Source of the DNA: Chrysomallon squamiferum
Lineage: Eukaryota > Animalia > Mollusca
Reading direction: 5' to 3'
NCBI GenBank assembly: GCA_012295275.1
Contig: CM022672.1
Coordinates: 18,228,001-18,292,000 of the forward strand
DNA length: 64,000 nt
Part shown: positions 28,459 through 41,342 of the stretch, piece after piece
Layout of the letters: the number at the start of each line of letters is the position of its first letter
Numbering within the stretch: the stretch's first letter is position 1
Notes under the pieces: model-generated
What the model saw: only the letters and a program-made list of their open reading frames with translations
Database searches by the model: none
What the model was told of the DNA's origin: nothing
Program-made: the position numbers and the translations under genes

Positions 28459-30208
28459 TTATTTACAGTTCTTATAAAAAAAAACTGGGCTGATTTTAAA
28501 ACATTTTTTGTCTTCTTATTTACAAGACTGTAATAAACTGCTCATCAGAATGAACTAAATAATAACATGTAGATTTCTAGGATCACCTTCATTACTCTAA
28601 AGCAAATTGGATATGATTTTATAGGCTACACATTAAAAGTATTAGTATTAAAATATGTTGAAATGTCATTTAAAGAAATAGTAATTATTAGGACTGAATC
28701 AGAAAAGACCCTGAGTGATATGATTCAAGACCAAACATAACATTTAATTGTAAAACGATATGAAATTCAGAACTGGTTTGTAACATTACTACTTATAAAA
28801 ATATTAAAAATGAAACCATATTAATTTCAACATTAATTTCTTACCCATATACACCTTAAACACCTATCACCATAAAATTATAACACAAGATGTAATGAAC
28901 ATTTACAGATGCAAATATGTCTTTCAGTTACTATATCTGTATTTTATATGAATTTGATTATCAAAATATGATCAGTTTAAGGTGTGACATAACCTGTGTA
29001 TTTATACATTTTTCACAGATGTTAATAAAAGTACTGAACTTTTGCACACAATGTGTGTGTGTGTTTCTGTGTGTGTATATAGTTAAAACAACAAAAACTA
29101 CATTTAGTGCTTTTGAATAAGATAACCTTTATTGATAGATAATAAATGTTTGATAACAATGGCATTTTTACACAGTCACTGTCTGATGCTCTTGAATTCA
29201 TTTGAGTTGCAAAAATAAGCATCCATAATTTCATTTCATACAGGGAAAATAATGTTGTTGAATTCATTTGACAGGAGCAACATTAAGCTTGTGAAGTCAT
29301 TAAAAATTTCTGCTACAGGTTAATAACTAAAAATTGTGCACATTCACACGTGCATCTTATCTTTGAGAAACATGCTTCAAGAAAATTAAGGACAGCAATT
29401 TACCAATCTCTTTGCTTTCTTACACAAAAGACAGTGACTGCATATACAAAATATTTTGTATATGATAACATGGCATGCATATGTAAAACTTCATGCAGCA
29501 GTAAACAAATCAGCCATTTGTTTCATGTAGGCTGTGACATTGTCATATATAAACATTTTAAAACATCCTGCATGTAATGCTTAATATTTCTGTAGTGTTT
29601 TGCATCAATATCATCATTGAGCCAGTGTAACATTTGAGCATTTAACAGTATGATATGCATTTATAGATACAAGTATACTCAGGATAAAGTAAAACTGTTT
29701 TACAAACCAAATAATGTAAGTTTACTGGCTGTCTTAGAAATGTAATAAGGTTTTTCTTTTTTCAGTAACATATGTTTTATTCCATAGGTTTCACTTAACT
29801 AGGTAAAGAGGTAAAATTACAAACACTGATAATAATAATATATATATATATATATATATATATTTGTCTGTCATTTTGATTAAAATATGCACTGGACATC
29901 ATAATGGTTAAAATTAAAAATACTGAAATTGATATATAATTTTTAAATTAGAAGTCAGAACAACATCTATTATAATTTGTAATGGAAAAAGAAAGTTAGC
30001 ATGCTGAAACTAGAACAAACTTAAAATATGATCAAGAACGGAAATAGTGAACATGCAAAAAATAAAAGATAAAAAGAAAGAAAGATAAAAAAGGGAAGTT
30101 TTAAACAGATTTTGCAGTGTTCAGTGTACCAAATCTCATGCAACATTGTTTGCTGGTGTCAATAAGGAAGTATGTGCATGTGTGTATGATTTCTGTCAGA
30201 ATGTTTTG

Positions 30209-30211
<3 letters not shown>

Positions 30212-30275
<64 letters not shown>

Positions 30276-30342
30276 CATACATACATGCAAACATAGAGAG
30301 AGAGAGAGAGAGAAACAGATAGATATATACATACATACAAAC

Positions 30343-30401
<59 letters not shown>
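30212..30401 (+). repeat. Compound (GA)n/(TACA)n repeat with internal duplication
   Basis: Three GA runs separated by two similar ATACATACAT..AAACATA spacers. Confidence 0.9.
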
Positions 30402-30407
<6 letters not shown>

Positions 30408-30703
30408 GACGTTGTTAGATAATACAAATGATAAAATATTCAACTAATACAGTGGCTCTGAAAACATCATAAATGTTTTATTTGATTTATTCTGGTTTGA
30501 TCTAAAAAAATACATGACTGAACAGTCATTTATTTAGTTCGTCTTCTGGTGATTTATGTGGCTGATATTTCTTTTTCAACATCAAAAAAATAGCAGCTGA
30601 AGCAAATCACCAGTGTTATGCTGTCCTTGGCCAACAAAGCTGTATTTAAACTGTATCTGCATGCATAATGAAATATAATAAAATAAAATACATTTTTATC
30701 CAG

Positions 30704-30828
30704 TTTTCAAAAACAGCCAGTCACATTTCAGAAACTTCCATGCATTTTCAAAAACTACCATCCACTTTTCAAAAATTGCCATGCCTTTTTAAAAACTGCC
30801 ATGAATCTTACAAAAACTGCCATGCATT
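30704..30828 (+). repeat. Degenerate ~21-bp minisatellite, about 6 copies, downstream of the QSOX-A stop
   Basis: Consensus approximately TTTTCAAAAACTGCCATGCAC. Confidence 0.8.
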
Positions 30829-31186
30829 CCTCTTTTTACATTTCTTCTTCTCTATCCTGCCATCCTATTACCTGTCCATCAATAACATATGAGTATTTTA
30901 TTTGTTCATAAGGAAACAAAGAGAAAATAGTTAAATGCATTATGACTATATATAATTTTAGAAATTGCATTTTAAATAATTTGAAAGTTAGAAAACATTA
31001 AATAGATATACATAATTCTTCACTTAACTTATTGTAAAACAATTTTTTAAATTACAATTTCAACACGATGAATTTGCAAAATGATTTTGAAGACTAGACA
31101 ATAAAAAAATAGATTTATTGTTATAAAAGTAAAAAACAACCATGTATGTACACATAAAATAAATAAAGATTTAACAGCAACACGAA

Positions 31187-34100
31187 TTACATTAACATGA
31201 CAAAATGAAAACATGATAAAAGGACCAACATACTCAACATGTGACGGATGTTACTGCCGTTTGTTAACCTCTGCGCTTTCCCTGTTTGGATTTTGTTCAT
31301 CTTCTTGTTGCGAATTTCCTGAATTGCATGCATATCTTTCTTTCGCTGCTCAATCTCCCACCAGTCCAGCTCAGATTCAGACCCAGCAGCTGCCCGAAAA
31401 GCCTTGGCTCTGCGTGCGTGTCCCATTGAATTCTCAGATACATCTTGAACGATGTTTTCCCTTCTGTACATGTTTGCAATAAAATAAAACACCTGGAATC
31501 TGTTCCAGATGGGATTAACATCTGTGCTTCCAGCCTGGTGACACCTGGGACACATGGATTTTGATGGAAACTGGATTTTGGGGTAAAGAGGATCTTCAGA
31601 TGGTTCACCGTGGAGTCTCTTGTTGGCTTTGTTGTGAGCTCTCCACAGCCACAGCACAGAGTCTGTCAAATATCTTACTTCTTGTGGGATTGTGACGGCC
31701 ATTTTGTTGAAGTTCTTGGCACATTCAGCGCAGCCAAAGAAGTTTGTCATGTACCCACGGACTGCTGATAAAACTTCTAATGGCTGGTGATATTCTAAGT
31801 CAAAATGAAGAAAAATAATAATAATAAATAAAAAAATAAAAATAATAACTAAATAAATAAGTAAATAAATAAATAAATAAATAAATAATAAGAACAATAA
31901 CAGTAACAATAACAATAACAATAACAATAACAATAATAATAATAATGATAATAACAATAATAAAATGCTTTCTATTGTTACATCTATTATTGTTCCTTCA
32001 TTTATAATTATGAAAATGCAAGGATGCAGAATACTGCAGTGACAAAGTTTAAAGTCTAATTTTTTTATAATTATTATTGTTAATTGATTTATAAACCAAT
32101 AAAGAGCTTTCAGAAAGAGAGTAATTACAAAAATGTTAAAGTTTTTCAAGCCAAATTATATGTTTGTTAGATGGAAGGTTTTTTTTGGGGGGAAGGCACT
32201 GCTGATTTTTTGTCTGTATATATAGCTAAATAAAAATACCTCGACTAAAAGATGCTTTCAGGTAGGCATTGACTGTCAGGGTGTGGAAGATTGTCCACAT
32301 GCTGCATGGATATCCCCTGAATTTCAACTTACTGCCGTGACAACCAGTCCAGATAATAGTATTTGGAAGAAAAGAGTCATTGGTCTAAAAAAAATGTTAT
32401 CAAAGAAGTCAATTAAAACAAAGTGTATATAATAAGGAATCTTTAAAAAAAAAAATTTCACAAATAAAATCAAAATACTAATTTACCAATATATATATAT
32501 ATATATATGTTTTTTAAATATTTATTCCTAATAAAAAATAAAACTGATTACACTAAATTATAGTTTATAATAATTCTGAATAAAAATGTATTTTTCTTTC
32601 TTTTATAATACAATAAATAATAAATGATAACATATAATTATCTAGTAAGTGTGACATTGTTAAATGAGTATTAGGTGGTGACATTTGACATAAAGTGTTA
32701 CATGACTGAACGGTTCAATCACTTAATCTGTAAAACTCACACTGATATACACAACATACACAAAATGAAAATTGTTATTGGTATGCCAAAATATTTAAAA
32801 TATCCAGGTGAAACATCATAAACTGAATCATAAACCAATATATAATCCTGCCCTTTTCTTCTGTAATTATGACTTCTGACGAAAAAGCAAAAAAGAAAAA
32901 TTTCTTGTGCATTTAAAATTAATGTGGGTTTTGTAATCAGTGGTAAACTGACTACAGAAAGTTCCTTGTTTGTATACAACACAGTGGGAACAGCAGGGTC
33001 CCTGCAGCCAAATCCACAGGGTTTTCACTGGTCATTCTGGACCAATACATTTAGAATAGTTTACTAAGTGCTGGTCTTGAATCAAAATTACAGGGATTTT
33101 TTTTCTTTTAATTTATTTTTTAACATTTGTAATTTGTGAAAAGGATAGTAGTTCTAAGGATTCTGAACCAGTACTGGCTTCTAACTGTAGCTAATTGAAA
33201 AAGATGCCAACACTTATTTAATTCACCAACCCTCCTTTTTTCATCCATGAGCTGTATCTAATTTTCTATTTCCAACAAGAGCCCACAAGGCAATGATACT
33301 GAATAGCACATCTGTGATTTTCTAATTCCAACTAGAGCAACAAACGTCCAACTACTAAAAAAAACCCATTAAGAATTCAAATTTGCTGAGGCAAATCAGT
33401 AAACAAATATTCATTTGTCTTTCACTAGTCTTCTAAATGACTACTGATAATCAGCTTTGTGGCCTTGAAATATATACAGCTATAAACTTCCATTTTTTTT
33501 CTCTTACCTGTAATCTCTCTATTTGACGACTCCACTGTTCACCTGTTAATCCTCCATGCACTCCTTGGAGCCAGTTAGAAACTTTCCACAGAAAATTGGA
33601 GATAGGTTTTCTGACAGGTAAGGACTGGAAAAACACACCACTTTTTACAGTTTTACAAATATTTAAAAAAAAAATTTAACACTATCTTAATATGTATTAA
33701 ATTTACATGATATAGAAATATTGTTCATTTAACATTGTAGTGCTGAAGGGTAGAAAAATAACAATATAAAAATCAAAAGAATTTTTCACAATGCAAATCA
33801 AACATAACAAACTAAATATACAGAAAATATATTTTCACACCTGAATTTCTAAGAGGCAAGAAGATTGATGTATATGGAGAAGAAAATAATTTAAAAAAAT
33901 ATATATAGTATATGCTTAGAAACAAGAATAGAAAATGTCATCAAATAGAGGACAATTGGCCAGTGACATAAACTCTAATTTTCCCCCTTTCTGCAACATT
34001 CATTTTAATTATATACTTTGTCACACAAAAGTATTATCTTGCATAATTTCAACTTCAGATGCTAAAAGACAAAAAATAAATTCCGCTTAGCTTACCTTTG

Positions 34101-35694
34101 CTAGCACCAGAACAAATTTCTTCAAAGCGTCAAGAGCTACTGGAGACATTGTTCTATGAATTGCAACTTCTTGTCGAAATAAATAAGAAAGACCTGACTC
34201 TATATCCTGCATGTGCACCACCGAACTTTGAAAAGAGAGGAAAAATTATCTGTTATTTTTATATTTCTAATAAACAAATAATATAAAAGATTTTGGAAAT
34301 TCATGGAATAAATTGGTTTAAATCAGTAAATGAATATAAAAACAGAAAAGCAAAGCGATAAATTTTTGATAAATAATCCGGTCTGTATATGCATAATATT
34401 CATACATACATACAAACTTACACATACACGAATGCAGATAAAAACAAAATGATAAATCTGGTTTTCTAACACAGTAACAGTCTAAATAAGAATTTTTAAA
34501 TTTATTTTAAAGCTAAATTATGAATGCAGAAACCTGAACAGTCATCTCTTTCACCCTCTATTAAATATGCTGGTGATTTTAACAGTTCTAAGAGCACAAC
34601 CTTATTAAATTACATAAAAGAATATCTAGGTTGTGATGACTTCACTGTGGTGATATTAACAAATATATACACATAATTACTATACTTACACATTAACAAC
34701 CTCAATTGGTAATTCTGTGGTGGTTTCAATATATGCAGATACAGTAGTGACACTTGTATTTCCATAACCAGGGATATATCCAACACGAGCAGTAACTTTA
34801 GTAGTTGTAGGACGAGTAGTAATTGTTGTTGTAGGTACAGTTTGCCTCCACCGAACTCTTGACTTTTCCTTCATTGCATTAACAAACAATGAACGATCAT
34901 TTTCAACTCCATGACCACTGAAGAAATCAAATAAAATTAAAAAATACCAGAAAAATGACAGGGTTATGCTTATAAAACCACTAAAGCCAAAGGGAAATGA
35001 ACATGAAAATGCTGGTCTTTAGTTAAATCGGATTTACCTAATATTGATGATGTTATAAACTAACCTTTAAAAATTTTAACAGTAATTCAGGATTACATTT
35101 TGCCCAAGAATTTCTAATATAAATATATGAAAAATTATCTGAAACAAAAGGTTTTATCATATCAAACATAACCTATCATTTTCTAAGTTATGTATATAGT
35201 TTATTTTATGTAAAAACTAGAACAGTATAACTAGAGGTTATAAATTGGACTCTGTGGCTCTTGAAAACAAATACTCACACCATGTGTCTAGTTAAATAGC
35301 CTTCTCTTGAAAGGGAATACAGAGACGGAACCTGACGAATTCCATAAGTATGACTTCCTCTTTCAGTAAGACGTTTCACAAGAATGTTTGTTTCATTCAT
35401 TGTATCCAAGATAACCTGAGACAAAACAAAGATCAAACGAAACTTAATTTACTATTTAATTAAATCTCTTTTAAAATATTTAATAAATATGCCAATTATA
35501 GCAGCTTTTGATTTCCAAGAAATGTTTGTGGTTTGCGTAGATAAGTAATTTCAAAACATTTTAAAGACATTTATGATACCAAACCATTTTTCAAACATAA
35601 TGTAACAAAAGAAAATAATATTTAAATTATTTTTAAATATATTTTTTTTAAATTACACAAGTAATACAACTACTACCACTAATAATAATAATAA

Positions 35695-35725
<31 letters not shown>

Positions 35726-38700
35726 AAGCAGAAGATGAATGAAAAATAAATATGTTAATATATGAAATTATTTTCATTATATCATATATGCACTTTAATA
35801 AAAAGCAATAGCTCATTAACCTCTCGTCCAGTGATTGAGTTGTGCTTTTCAAATATCAGAAAAACATATTCAACTCCTCTGGGCGCTCGTTGCCATATTC
35901 CCTCGATTCTCCTGGGAAGATGAAATACTAATATTAATTCTTTTATAAACAATAATGTTTAAGAAATATTTTGCTCTGTTAATTTATATTGATTAATTCA
36001 AACTGATTGAAGTTATATCATAAATTTTAAGTTTTGTGCTTTTAAAAATAAAAATAAATTTAAAAGGATTATGAAAAAAGGTTTCAAATTCCAAACAATA
36101 TCCTACAGTATGTAGTATATGCTTATCTGGTGCATATAAATGTTCCCTTAATAATTAAGAGTAGCTTATGGTTTGATAGTATCAGATTTCCTCTCTTACA
36201 GTTATCCTTATTATAACCAACTTTTTTAGCTGGACATCTAATAACTTTTAACATTTAATAATACATTTTAAACCATTGTTAAAAAAAAAAAAATAATAAA
36301 AAAAATATTATTCATACATAAGCCTGAGATTAAAAATATTTAAGGAAGCATAAACAGGCACATATACACACATACAGAGTTCAATATTGTCCAAAGTTTG
36401 AATTGAGGCACCAAGGCACTTTTTGTCAGAGCCAAGGCTTACCTCTGTATTGGCCTTGGTGTATGAAGTCAGACTTTGGACAATATCTGTGATAACAAAA
36501 ACCTATGGTAACCCTATGTTGTTTGCCACCATGCCTGTCCCATAAATCCCTACTGCATGAGAAAACATCATGGGTAATAACCTGATACATCGTGGGTAAT
36601 AACCTGATACATCATGGGTAATAACCTGATACATCGTGGGTAAATAACCTGATACTTCATGGGACAACATCAGTATTATGTTAATTAGATATCTCTGTTG
36701 TCGTTACATGAAAACAACAACAGTCCTGGAAGGATAGAATTAAAAAAATATATATATATATATATATATAAAAACATGGTGTGTCAAATATGCTAAGCTG
36801 TTAATAATTATAGGTGCATGCGATTCAAATAAATGTTGTTTTGATTAGTTAATGGCCATAACATAGCAAGCTGTGGCAATATCAGTGACTTTAATTAAAA
36901 TGTGATAAAAATTCTTTCTTTGGTGTCCCAAAACACTTTACCTTGCTCTAAAAATGTTTAAATTATAACCCTGCATGCATGCAGAGAGAGCAGTACACAT
37001 GCACACACATACAAAACCATGTTAAATGCATTAATGATGTACATCAATTCATGTGAAATGCAAAACAAAAACAAAGGTAATTTTGCTATGTTACTCCACA
37101 CTTACGATAATGGCTGTAAATAAGGCCATGACCGGGGAGGCTGGAAATGCTGCCTGTTAGAAACAAACTCAATAACAGTGTGTAAAAGATCATCCAACTG
37201 TCGGCCACCTTCTAACATATAACCTTTACCTGTGAGACCTTCGTACGGTGGAAATAGCTGAAATATATAAACTTTGTCACTTTAATCTATGTATTGTAAA
37301 TATCACATTCAAATGTTTGTGTGCCTAAATGTGTGTCTGTATGGATATAAACATAACACACACACACACAAAGAAACAGACATATACATACATACACCTG
37401 AATGACATGATGGATTTATAACAATACCATTTTCTTATGTTTAGATGATCAGATACTTTTATAACAATTACAGAAATGAATTTTAAATATAAGATATCTA
37501 AATATATAATTTTATTGTTGCTCGCATCACTAGTTTTCCATTAAATTTAATTGTATTATTTTATTTCTGTAAACACCTAAAAAACTTCAATGCATTATCC
37601 TGGACACATTTGTAACGGAAACTGATGATGAAATGAAGTAAAATGAAGACCTAAAACATGTAAGAAATCAATAAATAGATAAATAAAATGAAATTACTGT
37701 TATCATTAAATGGGATGGCATAGCTAATTAAAAAATCCAAAAACATTAAAACAAAATGTTACATGTTCTGAATAAAAGTGGGAGAATGAGTATTATTCTT
37801 TCTGAAGAAAGCAAGAATGATAATTACAATCATGGATGGGTAGGCATAGATGTCATACTTCCGACAGATTCCAATGTTTTTTTCTTGAGAACAATCTATT
37901 GCAGCAACACGTACAACTCTGGACCAACCTGAAACAGAATTAAAAAACTGAATGATTAAAAGCAAAAAAGAAACAAACAAACACAAGAAAAGATTTTTTT
38001 AAAAAAATAAATAAATAACAACAACATGTTTTAAGTACTTGTTAGTTTTTGGCCTAGCCCAAAAATATGAAGCAGCTAATTATTGTTATGTAATGATACT
38101 GTCCTATAATTTGATTAATTTAGTCTCAGAAATAAACATTTTAAAAATAAAATATTACTGATCATGTTCATGATGTTGTTACCACAAAATACATGAAAAC
38201 GTAAAATTTTGGTATACTAATAATGTGCACGTTTTGCTATTTTGATTACTAACCAAAATGGACTTATTTAATGCAATAAATTAACCCTGATGATTCATAA
38301 AAAATGATGATAAGCTGATATATATGATCTATTATGACTATTAATTTTCTTTTTTTTTTTATTTATTACTTATTATTATTATGTTTGGGGGGGTTTTTTA
38401 TTGGTTTTTTAAACTTGGTTAATGTTTTAATTTACTAGAGTTGATTATAATACTGGTGTACGAGACACAAACTATAAAATTTGTAATTTATTTAGATATA
38501 TAATTATATACCAGTATTAAAGCACCCTGACAGATTAAATGTGTTATAAAATCATTATTTAGGACTGATAGTTAGACAGCATGGTCTCTTTCCTATTTCA
38601 TCCACAGCAATTTATGGGTCATCTATCACAGGCTGTAGCTTAGTTTTCCTTTCTACAGAAACTGAATGTAACTACTGTTAAACTGTCTACATATTTATAC

Positions 38701-40109
38701 AATTTTTTTTTTAACCTGTCCTTATCATACTTTATTAATTACCAAATACTCAAAAAAATTTGGAAAGAAAAAAATACATATAATACAACTAATGCTACCA
38801 AAAAATAAAACAAAAAACCTATAAAACATAAAAAATGATTTAAGGCAGGCATAACACACTGTCACACATACAAACACACAAATTATGATAACTTCCATTT
38901 TCCTTTACTAGATCGTTTTTCATCACTAATCTAAACAAATGATCGAGTTAACCTCAAGAAGTCAGAAATCTTGTAAGTCTGACATAAGTGATTTATAACT
39001 AATGGCTTTTGTAATGTATGTGAATGTACTTGATTCCTAATGAGCCAAACAAAAAGTTAAGAACATTATTTTTTTTATATATATAATGTTCTTAATTTTT
39101 TATATATATAATGTTCTTAATTTTTTATATATATATATACTCACACATACACACACATTTGTGTCAGTGTGTGTAAGTGTGTGAGAATGGAATAATGTAG
39201 GAAATCTCATAATTAGTTGTGCAAGTGAGATTCACAAATAATTATGAGATTGAGGACAATATACCACTTAATCTACATTCAACCAAAGGTCATTTTGGTG
39301 ATTAACTATGTAGTCATGTTTACATAACTTTATTTTAAATGTATATATCATAATCAACCTGCATAAGATATGTTTTACAGAAACAGATCAAAACACATCA
39401 AAACCTATGTAATTTGTTTTGTACTTGAAACTTAGCTATATTTTTAACAGGGCTAGGTTTAGTAAAATAAATAGCATCTATTAAACTTGGTTAATAAAAA
39501 TATATGTAAATACTTGTTAGTGAGGTTACATTTCTATTTTAGAAAAATGTACACATTTATTTTTTCACTTTTTATGTTATATAGAAAATATATGCCTTAA
39601 TGTAATTAATGCAAAAATATCAAATCATGTTATGTTTTATATCAATCTGTATGTATGTAAATGTGTGTGTGTGTATGTGTATATATAATTATACACACAC
39701 ACATTAAATTGTATATATATATACATGCATTTGAACTATTGTTTATAAATATTTATAAATAGATATTTAAAATTATAATCATATATACAATAATTATCTT
39801 TGTTTTTAATAATATGTTTCAGTCACATGCCTTAATATGACAAAAGCATTTTTTTTCTTTTAACAGTTTTGACATAATATATTTTATGAAACACTCTAAC
39901 ACACTTCAGGAACATCGTATTTAGGTAACATCAATTCTTCTTGTAATTCAGGGCATTTAATTATCTATGGTATAATATATTATACTGCAGGTGTGCATTT
40001 GTAAGGCAGGAATAAAGAGAACTGATTTGCATTTTTTTTTACCATTCACTCATGAGGTAGATGATCAAAAAAAAAAAATAATAATAATTTGGGAACCTCT
40101 ATATTATAT

Positions 40110-40153
<44 letters not shown>

Positions 40154-41342
40154 AAAATAATAAAAAATAAAAAAAAAAAAAAAAAAAAGGTAAAGTATGA
40201 TTAACAAAAATTAATCCAAGGCATAAATTATTTTCTTCACAGTATCTCTTTTATTGTTAAATCACATTTTATTATCATAAAGATATATTCATATGGAACT
40301 AATTTGTTTTTCAGTAGTAGTATTTATTTTCAATTTTTTGGTTTAAATTTATTTATTTATTTTTCTTCAAATTTTCCTTTTATTAACAGCTCATCATTGT
40401 AAATATAATTAATGGCATTTTAATAGGTTTTTCCCTGTACATATCTAACACACACACACACACACAAACCTAACTGTAACTATAACATTAGGCAATCACA
40501 TTACTCTCTGCTCAGTGGAGTTACACAATTTCAGTAGTTAATTATACAGTATTACTCTGCAGTTTGTTTCATTAACAGATTTAAATCATATAAAAAACAA
40601 AAAACAATATATATACATTTCTTTTGAAGAGGGAATAAATTCATAATGAAAAATAAAATTTTAATGCTTTGCACAAATTTGTTTATAATAATAATATAGC
40701 TTTGTTAATTAATTGCTTTTCACAACTTTGTAAATGATTACTGTTTGTTGTTTTTCTTACTTCTTATTTGTTATAAAGTATTTGAAAGTTTTTTTTTTTT
40801 CACGAATCATTACGTCATTCTTACGACTTCACAGAGTTACGATAAAGCAAAATAATAGTAATCAAACTAAATACTATTTAAAGCAAAATAATATTAATAT
40901 ATTATTAACTTAATAGCTATGTCATATAATATAATATAACACTGATCAGTTACACATATGCATCTTGAATATCAATAGCACCATTTCGACCTTGGCCTTC
41001 GTGGCGCAGACGTGACCATTCAGTGCCAAAGAAAATGACTTTCATTTCAGCACGTAATTTGTTTAAAAATGAATAAAACAAGAATATACCTTTTATATTT
41101 TCTGCAAATCTTTTATATGTCGGTGCAAAATTAACGCAGTGACCACACCAAGTATTGTAAAATTCTATTATCCAAACGTTGTCTTTATATAAAAGATGAC
41201 TGTAAAAATCGTCTCCTGATAAGGCAATAACACTGTCCCCGCTTGAGTACAGTCCTGCATGTTCGCCACTTAGTGCTGCGAATAACTCTGCTAAAAAGTA
41301 CAAAACCAAAAAAGGAAAATGGAAATGACTGCGATTCCACAT
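31187..41342 (-). CDS. QSOX: Sulfhydryl oxidase QSOX, paralog A (about 653 aa; signal peptide, Trx1-Trx2-HRR-ERV/ALR, putative GPI signal)
   Basis: Hand-spliced exons in transcription order: 41090-41342, 37828-37928, 37106-37257, 35821-35911, 35279-35415, 34690-34917, 34096-34225, 33508-33624, 32240-32384, 31187-31794 (1962 nt). All introns are GT-AG and phases are consistent. Motifs: [10 protein letters not shown] (Trx1), [43 protein letters not shown] (ERV CxxC), [29 protein letters not shown]. Confidence 0.95.
36565..36663 (+). repeat. 22-bp minisatellite, about 4.5 copies (QSOX-A intron 3)
   Basis: Unit ACATC(A/G)TGGGTAATAACCTGAT, with A and G alternating between successive copies. Confidence 0.9.

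Noticed and set aside
349-30443. Dozens of ORFs such as YLSIYLSI, poly-I/T/L, CVCVCV and SLSLSL
   Set aside because: They are translations of microsatellites, with no domain content or splice support.
31795-32149. Hydrophobic N-terminal half of ORF 31187..32149
   Set aside because: Intron 9 read-through across AT-rich repeats; the real exon starts at 31794 after a TAG acceptor.
36565-36663. CRISPR-like appearance of the 22-bp array
   Set aside because: Head-to-tail repeats without spacers, no cas genes, and a eukaryotic intron context.
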